From Candidatus Bathyarchaeota archaeon (GTDB lineage: Archaea > Thermoproteota > Bathyarchaeia > Bathyarchaeales > Bathycorpusculaceae), in NCBI GenBank assembly GCA_963702095.1, contig OY969706.1:1504001-1568000 (forward strand): a DNA stretch of 64,000 nt, in the 5' to 3' direction. Positions 10,139-21,088 of the stretch are shown here, one piece after another (positions within the stretch are counted from its first letter, which is position 1; each line of letters starts with the position of its first letter). The position numbers and the translations under genes were made by a program. The notes beneath the pieces are model-generated. The model did no database searches and was not told where the DNA came from. It saw nothing but the letters and a program-made list of their open reading frames with translations.

Positions 10139-11110
10139 TTAGAGCAGCGCGGCGAACACGTTTGCGGGCCAAGACCGAAAAGAGGGCACCAAAAACAAGT
10201 CCACCCGATCAATATCAGGAATCTGATAGATGCTATACATCATCTCAAAATAAGCTTCGAAACTCTCAAAAACCACATGCGCAAACATGTCGTAGGCGCC
10301 TATATACTTCACAAGCAAAATCACATTAGGCGTCTTTAGCAACTGAGCTTCTACCTCGAGCATCTTGCTTTTATTGGCAAGTTTAATAACCATAAAAGCC
10401 CCCGCATGATATCCCAACTTGTTGAGGTCAACCATTATGGTGGATAGGGTGAACAGGTTTCCTTTGAGCCGCTTGTAGCGTTCAATCACATTCTTGGTTG
10501 AAATGCCCAGTTGAGTAGCAATTTGCCGAAAAGGAATCCTAGCTTGAAACACAAGTGCCTTAGCGATTTTGCGGTCGGTTTCATCCAACTCAACCGTGGT
10601 CTGTTTAAGCTGAGGGGGGCTGTAGTCGAGTTTGCCCCTGAAGGGTTTAATCACGAGGTTTTCGGGGTGCTGAGGAATCGAAGAGTTTTCGGAGAGCAGA
10701 ACGGCGTCGGCGGTTTTGATGTATGGGCTGGCTTCGAATTCTCTTTGCAGTTTGCTGATTTCTTCTAGGTTGTGGAAGGCTACTTCTGGAATCCACAGGT
10801 TGTAAACGCCAAAGCGCCTGCCGATGAGGGGGCGGGGGAGTTTTAGTTGTAAGAATTTTATTGCTTTCTCTTCGTTTTCTTTGCTGGTTACGATTCCGAT
10901 TAAGCTGACGTACTTGTAGCCTAAACTGAAAGGGTTAACCAGCATTGTTTCGCCGGCGATTACTCCTTCTCTATGTAGGCGCTTGTAACGCATTCGTGTG
11001 GCGACTACGCTGATGTTGCATTCTTTTGCGAGGTTTGTGAAACTTGTGCGTGAATCGAGGAGGAGTCGTTTTAGTATTATTGAGTCGATTTCATCGATGT
11101 TGGGTTGCAA
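10139..11110 (-). CDS. Tandem (double) Lrp/AsnC-family regulator
   Basis: Two AsnC HTH units (IDEIDSIILKRLLLDSRTSF; LDETDRKIAKALVFQARIPF), each followed by a RAM-like domain. Confidence 0.85.
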   Translation of the reverse strand: MQPNIDEIDSIILKRLLLDSRTSFTNLAKECNISVVATRMRYKRLHREGVIAGETMLVNPFSLGYKYVSLIGIVTSKENEEKAIKFLQLKLPRPLIGRRFGVYNLWIPEVAFHNLEEISKLQREFEASPYIKTADAVLLSENSSIPQHPENLVIKPFRGKLDYSPPQLKQTTVELDETDRKIAKALVFQARIPFRQIATQLGISTKNVIERYKRLKGNLFTLSTIMVDLNKLGYHAGAFMVIKLANKSKMLEVEAQLLKTPNVILLVKYIGAYDMFAHVVFESFEAYFEMMYSIYQIPDIDRVDLFLVPSFRSWPANVFAALL

Positions 11111-11297
11111 GCGCCTTCTCCATGTAGTTTTTTTGTTTAGGTATAAAACCGTATGACTTAAGGCTTTCTGGGTTAAAAGCGATAGCTTTCATGGTCATTA
11201 TTATTTAATTTATTTCCTTACATGGCATGTTTTACACAAAATTTAAATTGGCTACCAACCGATAACGCATCCAGTGTACTTTAGGAGAATAAAAAAC

Positions 11298-13895
11298 ATG
11301 CAAAAAATAAAAACAAACAAAGCCATAATGATACTTTTGACACTCTTCCTCGTCGTAATAATCACAGATACACTAGCCCCACTGCAACCCACAAACGCAT
11401 CAGACCCCCCATCGACAACCTCAACCTGGTGCTACGTAGCCGTCTCACTGAACCCAACAGGCGTTAACCAAACAATGCTCATCTACGGATGGACCGACGT
11501 CATTCCACCCGCAGTCGCATACGGTGATTGGCACTACTACGTGGACATAACTGACCCCGACGGAGTCAAAACAACCACTGGACCCATAGTCTCAGACACA
11601 GCAGGCTCAGGATACATGTATTTCACACCAACAAAAATCGGCCAATACACAATCCAAACTCGATTCGCCGGCACAACTATCCCGCCGCACTCACCACTAC
11701 AAGCAGGCAGCCCAGGACAACCAATGCGCGACTTAAGCAACGACACCTACAAACCTTCAACCAGCGATGTACTAACACTAGTTGTACAAGCAGACCAAAT
11801 CGACTCGTACGTGGACACTCCTCTACCAACCGACTACTGGACCCGCCCAGTAAACGCCATCAACAGAAACTGGGTGCAAATCATGGGCAACTGGCTTGGA
11901 ACAGTTTCAGGAGCCCAAGTTAACGGTCCAACAACAGACTACGCATACGGCTCTGGCCCAGAAACAGCTCATGCAATGTGGTCAAAACCCTACTGGAACG
12001 GAGGCATCGTCGACCCAAGAGTAGGCAGCAACCGCTCAATCGACTACTACGGTGGCTTAGTATACGAAACATATGGGCTCTGGCCACCCATCATAATGAA
12101 CGGGCACCTCTACTACAACGTCTACACTCCCCCCCGAGAAGGATGGTACTGCGTCGACCTATACACCGGAGAAACCAACTACTTCCACAACACCACTGGC
12201 AAATTCACTGACATGAGCATGATGGGCACATATCCAACAGGACTTGAAGGCGAACGATTGGCGTTTGGCGAAAACCTCTTCTACGAAAACCCCAACATGG
12301 TCGGCGGCTTCGCTTATCTTTGGTCTACCGGCAGCCCAGCGCAAGGAATGCACGGCGGAATCGGCACACCTACAGCCAACTGGATGCTATTTGACGAGTT
12401 CACTGGAAACTACATCTGCTCAATCGCTAACGTATCGACTGGCGGCACATTGAAGGCAGATCAATGGGGTGGCGTAGTAAGCTACAAAATCACTGGAACA
12501 GGAGCCAACCAACGACTACTCATATGGAACTCAACATTAACAATGCAGGTACCCTATGGTTCAGGATTCTATAGACCCCAAAACATCACATACGATGGCA
12601 ACCTCGGCTACTCAATCAACAAGACCATTTCTCCGTCGATAGGAACAGGGCAGACAACAATCAGAACCATACGAGTTGACGACGCAATCTATGGCGGAAG
12701 CACAGGCACCAATAACGAGCAAGTACAAACGCCAGGCGTGCTTTGGAAGATGAGCCTCAAACCAGGAGAAGAAGGCACTATCGTCTGGAACAAAACCTTT
12801 ACACCACCCTCTATGGCAGGCAACAGGACAATAACTCAAGCGCAAGTGGACCCAGAAGACGGCATATTCCTCTTCAAAAGCGTACAGGACAGAAAATGGT
12901 TTGCCTACAGCTTAGACACCATGCAGCCAATCTGGGAAAGCGATCCTGAATCTGCATGGAACTTCTACGGCATGAGCAACAACATCTACCAAGGCAAAAT
13001 GTTGACTTGGGGCTACGGCGGCGAACTACTCTGCTACAACGTAAAAACAGGCGATATCCTATGGAACTACACCTCTAACTCAATCGGCACAGAAAGCTGG
13101 TATGGCAATGTTCCAATCTCAGGCGGCGTCATCGCAGACGGCAAAATCTACATCTACTCAACCGAGCACTCACCCAGCCAACCATACAGACGAGACGCAA
13201 TGATAAAATGCGTCAACATCAGTAACGGCCAAGAAATCTGGAACGCCACCCACTGGGCAATCAACGCAGCAATTTCAGACGGATACCTAGTCGCCCTCAA
13301 CTACTATGACAACAGCATCTACTGCTACGGCAAAGGACCAAGCGCCACAACAGTCACCGCTGATCCGAAGGTTTCCATAAACGGCGGCAGCGTACTAGTT
13401 GAAGGTACAGTAACGGATCAATCGCCAGGTGGAAGACAGGACAGCAGCGGCAACGTAGTTAAAGCCCTAAAAGACAGCCCCGCAATCGCCGATGAATACA
13501 TGGGTAAATGGATGGATTACTGGTATGCACAGCGCCCTATGCCTCAAGACGCAAAAGGCGTTGAAGTAAGCATAAGCGTCATTGACCCCAATGGCAACTA
13601 CAAAGAAATCGACACTACAACCAGTGACTCAACAGGCAAATATGGACTCGCTTTCATCCCAGAAGTCCCAGGTCAATATGAGATCATTGCTAACTTTGCA
13701 GGATCCAAAGCTTATGGACCATCGTTTGCAACCACTTTCATAAACGTCGATGATGCACCAACCCCAGCCCCAACCGCATTACCGCTCCAAGCAGCAGACA
13801 ACACTATGACTATTGTAGGCTCTACAGTTGCAATAATCATTGCAATCGCTATCGTAGGTATAATCCTTGCATTTATTGTCAGGAAACGACCATAA
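11298..13895 (+). CDS. Secreted, membrane-anchored PQQ-like beta-propeller protein with Ig-like domains
   Basis: Signal peptide; ITDPDG Ig-like domain; YWTRP; W-rich propeller repeats (TGDILWNY, ADGKIY, NGQEIWN); YCYGKGPS.TTV; C-terminal TM + RKRP. Confidence 0.8.
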   Translation: MQKIKTNKAIMILLTLFLVVIITDTLAPLQPTNASDPPSTTSTWCYVAVSLNPTGVNQTMLIYGWTDVIPPAVAYGDWHYYVDITDPDGVKTTTGPIVSDTAGSGYMYFTPTKIGQYTIQTRFAGTTIPPHSPLQAGSPGQPMRDLSNDTYKPSTSDVLTLVVQADQIDSYVDTPLPTDYWTRPVNAINRNWVQIMGNWLGTVSGAQVNGPTTDYAYGSGPETAHAMWSKPYWNGGIVDPRVGSNRSIDYYGGLVYETYGLWPPIIMNGHLYYNVYTPPREGWYCVDLYTGETNYFHNTTGKFTDMSMMGTYPTGLEGERLAFGENLFYENPNMVGGFAYLWSTGSPAQGMHGGIGTPTANWMLFDEFTGNYICSIANVSTGGTLKADQWGGVVSYKITGTGANQRLLIWNSTLTMQVPYGSGFYRPQNITYDGNLGYSINKTISPSIGTGQTTIRTIRVDDAIYGGSTGTNNEQVQTPGVLWKMSLKPGEEGTIVWNKTFTPPSMAGNRTITQAQVDPEDGIFLFKSVQDRKWFAYSLDTMQPIWESDPESAWNFYGMSNNIYQGKMLTWGYGGELLCYNVKTGDILWNYTSNSIGTESWYGNVPISGGVIADGKIYIYSTEHSPSQPYRRDAMIKCVNISNGQEIWNATHWAINAAISDGYLVALNYYDNSIYCYGKGPSATTVTADPKVSINGGSVLVEGTVTDQSPGGRQDSSGNVVKALKDSPAIADEYMGKWMDYWYAQRPMPQDAKGVEVSISVIDPNGNYKEIDTTTSDSTGKYGLAFIPEVPGQYEIIANFAGSKAYGPSFATTFINVDDAPTPAPTALPLQAADNTMTIVGSTVAIIIAIAIVGIILAFIVRKRP

Positions 13896-13901
13896 AACAA
13901 G

Positions 13902-13935
13902 GAGGATAAACAATCCTCTACTCCCCTTTTTATTT
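13902..13935 (+). terminator. Hairpin plus T-tract terminator
   Basis: GAGGAT-AAACA-ATCCTC followed by CCCCTTTTTATTT just after the stop codon. Confidence 0.45.
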
Positions 13936-14232
13936 CAAAGCACAAGAACGGGCTGAGAAGGCTGAGGATAAACTAATCGAGTCGCGAGTGAATGGTTGTG
14001 CATTTCCATTCTGTCCCCCTCAAAATCCGAAGCCTCAGCAAACCCAAACTTTCAAACCAAAGCAGCATAGACAAACTCAAACCTTAAAAACAGCCTTTAA
14101 AATAATAGCGTCGGGGTAGCAGTATGGAAGCGGTTCGCCAACATACCCAGCGATTGAAACTCGAGTGGACAGTTAAGTTTTTACAATTCCAAGCTAACTT
14201 TCAGGGGTTAACTACTTCAAGGATATAGTCGA

Positions 14233-15510
14233 ATGGAAAACCAGCAAAAAGGCACAAGTACCACAGCGAATGCAGTAGGTGAAGTGCTTAACCCAAGTGA
14301 GAAAGCAAAACCCTCAAAACATTTTCTCCTTGGACTACTCGCGGCAACATTCGCAGTTAGTGTCGTAGACGTCTTTGCGCCTCTACTCTACCCTGAAATA
14401 GCTCAAACATTCAACATTCAGGTAGGCACTGCGGTCCAACTCAGCGCCTTTAGCGCCGTCGCTGGAATCGTAACGGGGTTTGCCTTAAGCGTCTTTAGCA
14501 TCAAAGTACGGTACAAAACGCTGCTCATGGCTGGCGTGTTCTGCATCGTAATTTGTGCCCTCGGCGTTTTTTTAGCGCCCACTTTTCTTTTAGCCCAAAT
14601 ATTCTACTCCTTAAATGGCGTAGGCTCGGTGATTGTGGGAGTGATGTCCTCAACCCTTATCGGTGAACTCTACCCCTTAGAGAAAAAAGCGATAAGGATA
14701 AGCTGGGTTTTTGTCACGGCTCAATTTGCATTTTTGGTTGGGAACCCAATTACCGGTTACATCGCCGGTGCTGGGGAAACCGTAGATTGGCATTCAGCTC
14801 TGCTATGGTTCACAGTTCCCGTGACAGCAGCAAGCTTGGTACTTGTATATTTCTTGGTTCCTTCAAAGCCAATCGTGTCTTTGAATCTGAAAAAAGAGCC
14901 CTTCATAAACGGCTTGAAGGAGGTTTTGGGAAACAAATCGGCTGTAATATGCCTGACCTATAGTTTCTCGATCGGAATGTTGGTTGCCAGCAACATTTTT
15001 GCTTCTTCCTTCATGAAAACCACCTTTGCATTCACACCCTTCACGCGGGGGCTGGTCCCAGCCATCGGAACACTGCTCATCATTGCAGGGACATTAGCCG
15101 GTGGCTTACTCATCAACAAAGCAGGAAGAAAACGGCTTACACTGGTTTCGTCTGTGCCGACAATAGTTCTCTCAACAGCCGCCTATGCACTGATGATTTA
15201 CACGCCCGATGTTACCCTCTTTTTGGCGTTACGGTGGATATCTGGTTTTCTGGCAGGCTTCTTATCCATCGCAGGCGCCAATTTAGCGTTAGAACAAGTG
15301 ACCGAATACAGGGGAACGATGATGTCGCTTAATTCAGCGTTTAGCGGGTCCGGCGGGGCATTCGGCGCCCTTTTCGGGGGAGCATTAATCAACTATTTCA
15401 GCGACCCTATGGTGGGTTATCCGTTGTTGATGGTGATTTTCGGAGCCGTAGGCATCGTGGGCTCTGCACTTATCCACTTTGCCAAGGACCCAAATGAAAA
15501 CAAAAGTTAG
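14233..15510 (+). CDS. MFS transporter
   Basis: About 12 hydrophobic segments; LINKAGRKR motif-A-like loop; YRGTMMSL. Confidence 0.88.
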   Translation: MENQQKGTSTTANAVGEVLNPSEKAKPSKHFLLGLLAATFAVSVVDVFAPLLYPEIAQTFNIQVGTAVQLSAFSAVAGIVTGFALSVFSIKVRYKTLLMAGVFCIVICALGVFLAPTFLLAQIFYSLNGVGSVIVGVMSSTLIGELYPLEKKAIRISWVFVTAQFAFLVGNPITGYIAGAGETVDWHSALLWFTVPVTAASLVLVYFLVPSKPIVSLNLKKEPFINGLKEVLGNKSAVICLTYSFSIGMLVASNIFASSFMKTTFAFTPFTRGLVPAIGTLLIIAGTLAGGLLINKAGRKRLTLVSSVPTIVLSTAAYALMIYTPDVTLFLALRWISGFLAGFLSIAGANLALEQVTEYRGTMMSLNSAFSGSGGAFGALFGGALINYFSDPMVGYPLLMVIFGAVGIVGSALIHFAKDPNENKS

Positions 15511-15571
15511 CCGGCAAAAAATGCTATGCAGCACCCAAAATCAAAAGGAGATTGCCTGGAAAACAGGCGGT

Positions 15572-16684
15572 TTATAGACGGAATTTTCGTTTACTTGGCA
15601 CTTCAGAGCCAAACTCCTTAGAAAGCTGCTCCAGTAGCGCCCTCTGGTTAGGAGACAATTTTTCAGGAACCGCTATGCCGATACGTACAAGCAAATCGCC
15701 GTGCCCATACCCCCTGAACCGCGGCATGCCTTTACCCCGCAGAGTAACAACTTCACCCATCTGGGTTCCCGCATGAACCCTCACGTTCACCGGTCCATCG
15801 AGTGTCGGCACTGAGATGTCTGCTCCCAACGCTGCCTGCGGATAAGATATCATAGCCACATGCCACAGGTTGTCGCCGTCCCGAATGAACTGCGGGTGCT
15901 GTCTAATGTGGACAATAACGTAGAGGTCGCCGGGTTCACCGTTTACGTCGGTCATTTCGCCTTCGCCGCGGAGCCTTAGCTGGAAGCCTTCGTCGATGCC
16001 TTCGGGAATTTTGACGGTGATTTTTCTGCGTTTACGCATCAAGCCTGAGCCGTGGCAGTTGCTGCAGGGGGTTTCGACGAGTTTACCTCTGCCTTTGCAT
16101 GTTGGGCAGACGGAGACTTGCATGTAGGTGGCAAAGCCGACTTTATGCATGTTCTGTACTCTACCTTGACCGCCGCATCTGGGACAGGTTTTCACCTGTG
16201 TTCCCGGTTGAGCGCCTGAGCCGCCGCATACTTCACAGCGTTCGGTACGCGGAATTTCCATTTCGCGCTCTGTACCTTTGGCGGCGTCTTCAAGTGTAAT
16301 TTCTAAGTCGACTGCTACATCTTGCCCTCGACCGCGTTCCTCGTAACCGCCGAATCCTCCGCCGCCGAAAATTGTGCGGAATAAGTCTCCGAATCCCATG
16401 TCACGGAAAATAGAGTCAAAGTCTGCCCCTCGGAAAATGTCTTCGCTGGTGTATTGTTGGTCAAAGCCTGTGTGTCCAAGCTGGTCGTATTTGGAGCGTT
16501 TTTGGTCGTCGCTTAAGACGGCGTATGCTTCGCTGATTTCTTTGAATTTGTCTTCAGCATCCGCTGCTTTGTTGCGGTCTGGGTGGTATTGCATCGCCAG
16601 TTTCCGGTAGGCGTCTTTGATTTGGTCTTTGTTTGCGCCTTTCTGTACACCAAGAACTTCGTAGTAATCTCGTTTTTCAGCCAT
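15572..16684 (-). CDS. dnaJ: Chaperone DnaJ
   Basis: KRDYYEVLGV, HPD, G/F region, four CxxCxGxG repeats; ATG 16684. Confidence 0.97.
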   Translation of the reverse strand: MAEKRDYYEVLGVQKGANKDQIKDAYRKLAMQYHPDRNKAADAEDKFKEISEAYAVLSDDQKRSKYDQLGHTGFDQQYTSEDIFRGADFDSIFRDMGFGDLFRTIFGGGGFGGYEERGRGQDVAVDLEITLEDAAKGTEREMEIPRTERCEVCGGSGAQPGTQVKTCPRCGGQGRVQNMHKVGFATYMQVSVCPTCKGRGKLVETPCSNCHGSGLMRKRRKITVKIPEGIDEGFQLRLRGEGEMTDVNGEPGDLYVIVHIRQHPQFIRDGDNLWHVAMISYPQAALGADISVPTLDGPVNVRVHAGTQMGEVVTLRGKGMPRFRGYGHGDLLVRIGIAVPEKLSPNQRALLEQLSKEFGSEVPSKRKFRL

Positions 16685-16844
16685 GCGGTTTACCGTAAAG
16701 AGTATTTTTTGAGCTTTCATAGAATGGTTTGGACTTGGATTTAAGGTATTTCCCTGTTTAAACGGTGTTTTTTGGCATTGAATGGCTATCGTTGCAGAGT
16801 TAAGCGGATACTTTGGGAGAGAGGGCTTTGTTGCGCTCCAAGGA

Positions 16845-16955
16845 CCCCTCCCCTATAGGTTCCTGCATAGATATCCTAATAGGATCCAAATATGTCCACG
16901 TAGGCTCTACCTCTCTATGGTTTTAACATAGAACCTCTAATAGGCCCCAAATATG
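16845..16955. repeat. Degenerate two-copy tandem repeat, 61-bp period
   Basis: CATAGA, CTAATAGG and CCAAATATG each recur exactly 61 bp apart. Confidence 0.7.
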
Positions 16956-17005
16956 ATGGGCCTCAGCGATGCTACAGTCAGCTCGTAAAGGGAGTTTATT
17001 CTAAA

Positions 17006-18334
17006 TTAGAAAGCGGTACGTTCAAAGAAATCTTTCTTTTTCATAAACTTCTTGAGAAACTTGTAGAAAGGCCTTGACACTCGGTAGAGAGTTTTCCTGT
17101 TTTTTACGAACCGCTTGAAATTTAAACTATCATTTGTTTTAACAGAGTGCTCGAGAAATGCTCGCTCTTCACCGGAGAAGCGGTTTTTTATTTCTTTTTC
17201 TAACTCGCCCTTCATGAAAGAGCCTGCTGAGAAGGTTACGATTTTCCACCAAAAGGGGTCGTCATTGGACTGCTTGAATTCATCGAAAAAGGCATTGAAG
17301 CCTTCATGGTCGCTTATTGAGAGATAACGGATTTTTGAGTACAGAATGCGCATCTCGTCTGATTTTAAGAAGGGCTTTTGATTTAATACCTTGAAGTAAA
17401 ATTTTGAGGCTTCATTGTGTTTTAGAATTTCATCGTAGTATAGCGCTGCGTGGAAATCTGAGGTTAACTTTCCGTATGCGTCCAAGGTTTCAACGTCATA
17501 TTTGCGGGAGTTTTCGTTTTTTTGGCATACAGCGTGGAGCCATTCTAGTTTGCGCCTCTCAGGCAAAGAAAACTCTGGGGGTTGAGAGCCTAATTCTTCC
17601 TCGACTGAGCAATGCTCCATCCATTCCACCAAGAAGATGTTGGCAAGGTGATTTTCAACAAAATCCTTATCAACTATAGTGGTCTCGCAGCAATCGATAA
17701 AACTGGAGTTGAAAAAGACTGATAGGAAGAATTTTCCGTTTGGTTTGAGCACTCTGTTTATTTCTAGCATTGTTTTCAAGGGGTTATTTACGTGGTCTAA
17801 ACTGTTACGGGAATAAACTATGTCTGCATAGTTGTCTTGAAAAGGCAGGGCTTCTGTGGTTGAGGCAATATGTTTTATGGGACCATCCGTAGCCTGGTCT
17901 TCAGCCATTTCGGGGTAAAGTTTGATGTATTCATGCGCAATATGATCAACGTTAAACTTGAAGTTCGAGCGCACATGGGGAATATCATCGCCCATTCCGC
18001 CGCCTAAACAAATTATCCGTGAATTTTCATCCACAGTGGTTTTATCTAATTTGCCTTCAAGCCATTTTGGCGTTGTAAAATTCGGCTGCTTTCTTTTATG
18101 TGAAGTAACTTTGTGATCGTGGCTTACATATTTTGATAGTACGGAGTCAAGTTCAGCTTGTTGATGCTCATCAAGGTTACTGGGCAGAAAACATGGAACT
18201 TTGTTTATGATTGGATAGCTGTTGTGGCAACTCTCGCACTGCATTGAAGAATCGGTAACTGTTAGTTTTCCCCTGCAGGATGGGCAGGCTAGATTTTGCT
18301 CCCAATGCTGGTTCGCGTGTGTATTTTTATCCAG
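17006..18334 (-). CDS. Class I SAM-dependent methyltransferase with N-terminal Trm112-like Zn ribbon
   Basis: Frame extends past the annotated ATG to LACPSCRGKL...MQCESC..YPI..KVP; CLGGGMG, EALPF.D, SLDHV, EINRVLKPNG; putative CTG start at 18334. Confidence 0.8.
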   Translation of the reverse strand: MDKNTHANQHWEQNLACPSCRGKLTVTDSSMQCESCHNSYPIINKVPCFLPSNLDEHQQAELDSVLSKYVSHDHKVTSHKRKQPNFTTPKWLEGKLDKTTVDENSRIICLGGGMGDDIPHVRSNFKFNVDHIAHEYIKLYPEMAEDQATDGPIKHIASTTEALPFQDNYADIVYSRNSLDHVNNPLKTMLEINRVLKPNGKFFLSVFFNSSFIDCCETTIVDKDFVENHLANIFLVEWMEHCSVEEELGSQPPEFSLPERRKLEWLHAVCQKNENSRKYDVETLDAYGKLTSDFHAALYYDEILKHNEASKFYFKVLNQKPFLKSDEMRILYSKIRYLSISDHEGFNAFFDEFKQSNDDPFWWKIVTFSAGSFMKGELEKEIKNRFSGEERAFLEHSVKTNDSLNFKRFVKNRKTLYRVSRPFYKFLKKFMKKKDFFERTAF

Positions 18335-18595
18335 AGAGGTCCCTTTGCCCTTGATTTTATTGCTTTTTTATGCTTTGAATAGCTTTGAATAATATTAATT
18401 GATTTCCTTTTTGTCCACCATTTTACCGAGAAATAAAAAGAAGATAAAATTCTCAAGAATAAAACAGATTCACAAACCCTTTTCTAAGAAAGATATGCGA
18501 GTGGACAAACCATTTGAGGATCAAGTTTCCAAAATAACCAATGCCAAGTGCCAAAAGTCTAAGAAAAATAAAAAGAAAAAGTTGGGTAGATAGAG

Positions 18596-20539
18596 CTACT
18601 TTACTTTGTAGTCTTCTGAGTCGACTACGTGTTCGCCTTCAGGGCCTGGAGCGCCGCTTGGCGGCATTTCTGGACCTGGACCTGCGCCGGGTTGGGGACC
18701 AGCTTGACCAGCTTGCTGACCACCCTGTGCTTGCTGTTGTTTTGCGTAGTCTGCGGCTGCTTGCTGGTAGACTTTGGTGCCGACGTCTTGGAGAACTTTC
18801 TGGAGTGCGTCTGATTTGGTTTTGACCACTGCCATGTCGTTGGTTGCCAACGCGTTTTTGAGTTCAGTGACTGCTGCATCGATTTTGGCGACTTCTTCGG
18901 GGCTGATTTTGCCGGCAAGGTCAGCTTTGGTGCGTTCGGCTGTGTAGACGAGGCTGTCGGCTGTGTTGCGGGTTTCGGCTTCTTCTTTCTTCTTGCGGTC
19001 TTGCTCAGCGAATTGTTCGGAGTCTTTGATTAGGCGTTCTTTTTCTTCTTTGCTGAGTTTGGTGGCTGCAGTAATGGTGATTTTTGACTGTTTACCAGTT
19101 CCGCGGTCTTTTGCGGATACGTTTAGGATGCCGTTTGCGTCGATGTCGAAGGTTACTTCGATTTGGGGTACGCCTCTTGGTGCCGGGGGCAAGTCAACGA
19201 GGTTAAACTCACCTAAAGAGACGTTGTCGCCTGCCATTGCGCGTTCGCCCTGCAAAACGTGGATGGTGACCGCTGTTTGGAAGTCTGCGGCTGTGCTAAA
19301 GACTTGACTGCGTTTGGTGGGTATGGTGGTGTTTTTGTCCATGACTTTTGTCATGACGCCGCCCATGGTTTCAACGCCCAAGCTTAGGGGGGTTACGTCG
19401 AGGAGCAGTAGGTCGGTGACTTCGCCTGTTACGACGGCTGCCTGAATGGCTGCGCCGATGGCGACGCTTTCCATGGGGTCGATTCCACGTTCAGGTGATT
19501 TGCCCAAGATTTGCTCAACGAAGCGCTGTACAAGGGGCATTCTGGTCATGCCGCCGATTAAGATGATTTTATCCACTTGTTGTGGTGTCAGTTTAGCGTC
19601 TTCGAGTGCTTTTAGCAGTGTAGGTCTGGTTTTGTCGACGATGGGTTGTGCGAGTGATTCCAGCTTTGTCCTTGTTAGGGTCATGTGTAGGTGTTTTGGT
19701 CCTGATGCGTCAGCAGTTAAGAACGGCAAATCGATGTCTGTGCTCATCAATGTTGAGAGCTCGATTTTGGCTTTTTCAGCTGCGTCCTTTAGTCTTGGCA
19801 TTGCCATGCGGTCGTTGGAGACGTCTACGCCTGTTTGGCGTCTGAATTCGTCGAGAATGTAGCCCACGACTGCTTTGTCGACGTCTGTTCCGCCAAGCTG
19901 TGTGTCGCCGCTAGTAGACAGCACCTGAAAGACTCCTTTGCCAAAGTCCATCAAGGTTACATCATGAGTGCCGCCGCCGAAACTAAAGACAAGAATCTTC
20001 ATTTCATGCTGAAGTTTGTCGATGCCATAAGCAAGGCATGCTGCGGTGGGTTCGTTGATGATGCGCATAACTTGGAAGCCTGCGATTTCGCCTGCGTCTT
20101 TGGTTGCCTGTCGCTGGTTGTCATTGAAGTGGGCTGGGACTGTGATAACGGCTTGGTTTATGGTTGTGCCCAGATAGGTTTCAGCGTCTTTTTTGATTTT
20201 TTGCAGTATGAAGGCGCTGATTTGCTGTGGAGTGTATTCTTTGCCGTAGATGTGGGCTTTGTAGTCGCTGCCCATTTTACGTTTAATTTCAAATACTGTG
20301 CCTTCTGGGTTGGTGGTGGCTTGGCGTTTCGCGGGTTCGCCTACCAAGAGTTGCCCTTCTTTTGTGAAGGCAACTACTGACGGGAACATTTTGCCTGCCA
20401 TAGTGGGGCCTTCCGCGCTTGGAATCACCGATGCGTGTCCGCCCTCATAGATGGCTGCGGCTGAATTGGTTGTTCCTAGGTCGATTCCTAAGACTTTTTG
20501 GGTTTTTTGGTTATTACTCATTTTTGTTTTTTCCTCCAA
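18596..20539 (-). CDS. dnaK: Chaperone DnaK (Hsp70)
   Basis: [60 protein letters not shown]. Confidence 0.98.
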   Translation of the reverse strand: MEEKTKMSNNQKTQKVLGIDLGTTNSAAAIYEGGHASVIPSAEGPTMAGKMFPSVVAFTKEGQLLVGEPAKRQATTNPEGTVFEIKRKMGSDYKAHIYGKEYTPQQISAFILQKIKKDAETYLGTTINQAVITVPAHFNDNQRQATKDAGEIAGFQVMRIINEPTAACLAYGIDKLQHEMKILVFSFGGGTHDVTLMDFGKGVFQVLSTSGDTQLGGTDVDKAVVGYILDEFRRQTGVDVSNDRMAMPRLKDAAEKAKIELSTLMSTDIDLPFLTADASGPKHLHMTLTRTKLESLAQPIVDKTRPTLLKALEDAKLTPQQVDKIILIGGMTRMPLVQRFVEQILGKSPERGIDPMESVAIGAAIQAAVVTGEVTDLLLLDVTPLSLGVETMGGVMTKVMDKNTTIPTKRSQVFSTAADFQTAVTIHVLQGERAMAGDNVSLGEFNLVDLPPAPRGVPQIEVTFDIDANGILNVSAKDRGTGKQSKITITAATKLSKEEKERLIKDSEQFAEQDRKKKEEAETRNTADSLVYTAERTKADLAGKISPEEVAKIDAAVTELKNALATNDMAVVKTKSDALQKVLQDVGTKVYQQAAADYAKQQQAQGGQQAGQAGPQPGAGPGPEMPPSGAPGPEGEHVVDSEDYKVK

Positions 20540-20546
20540 TTTTTTG

Positions 20547-21071
20547 TTACTTTGATTTTGGTTTTGCTACTCTAACGATGCTTGGTCTAAGCACCTTATC
20601 CTTCATCATGTAGCCTTTCCGGATTTCCTCAATAACAGTGCAATCCTTCACGTCGTCACGTTCCTCCACAGCGATGGCGTTGTGGCGACACGGGTCAAAA
20701 AGTGTGCCCTCGGTGCACTCTATTGGAGAGACGCCTTCTTGCTCAAGAACCTTTCTTAGCTTCTTAAGCGTCATCTCTACGCCCTCCACCAGCGACTTCT
20801 GCTGGTTTTCAGAGTCATTAGCGACTTTTACCGCTAACTCTAATTCGTCAACGACTTCGAGCAACTCAACGATTATGCGTTCAGTGCAGTATTTCTTAAC
20901 ATGTTCGGTTTCTCTGTCGAAACGTTTCTTTAGGTTTTCAAAATCCGCTTGCAGGTACTGCAGTCGGGTTAGGTAATCTTCAGAGCGTTTCTTTTCTCCT
21001 TCGAGGAGCTTTTGGAAATCTTCTGCGCCCGCTTCGTTATTTGCTTGGGGTCCATTGTTTTCTTCAACCAT
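20547..21071 (-). CDS. grpE: Nucleotide exchange factor GrpE
   Basis: [30 protein letters not shown]. Confidence 0.95.
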   Translation of the reverse strand: MVEENNGPQANNEAGAEDFQKLLEGEKKRSEDYLTRLQYLQADFENLKKRFDRETEHVKKYCTERIIVELLEVVDELELAVKVANDSENQQKSLVEGVEMTLKKLRKVLEQEGVSPIECTEGTLFDPCRHNAIAVEERDDVKDCTVIEEIRKGYMMKDKVLRPSIVRVAKPKSK

Positions 21072-21088
21072 TTGCTATGAGTCTCCGT

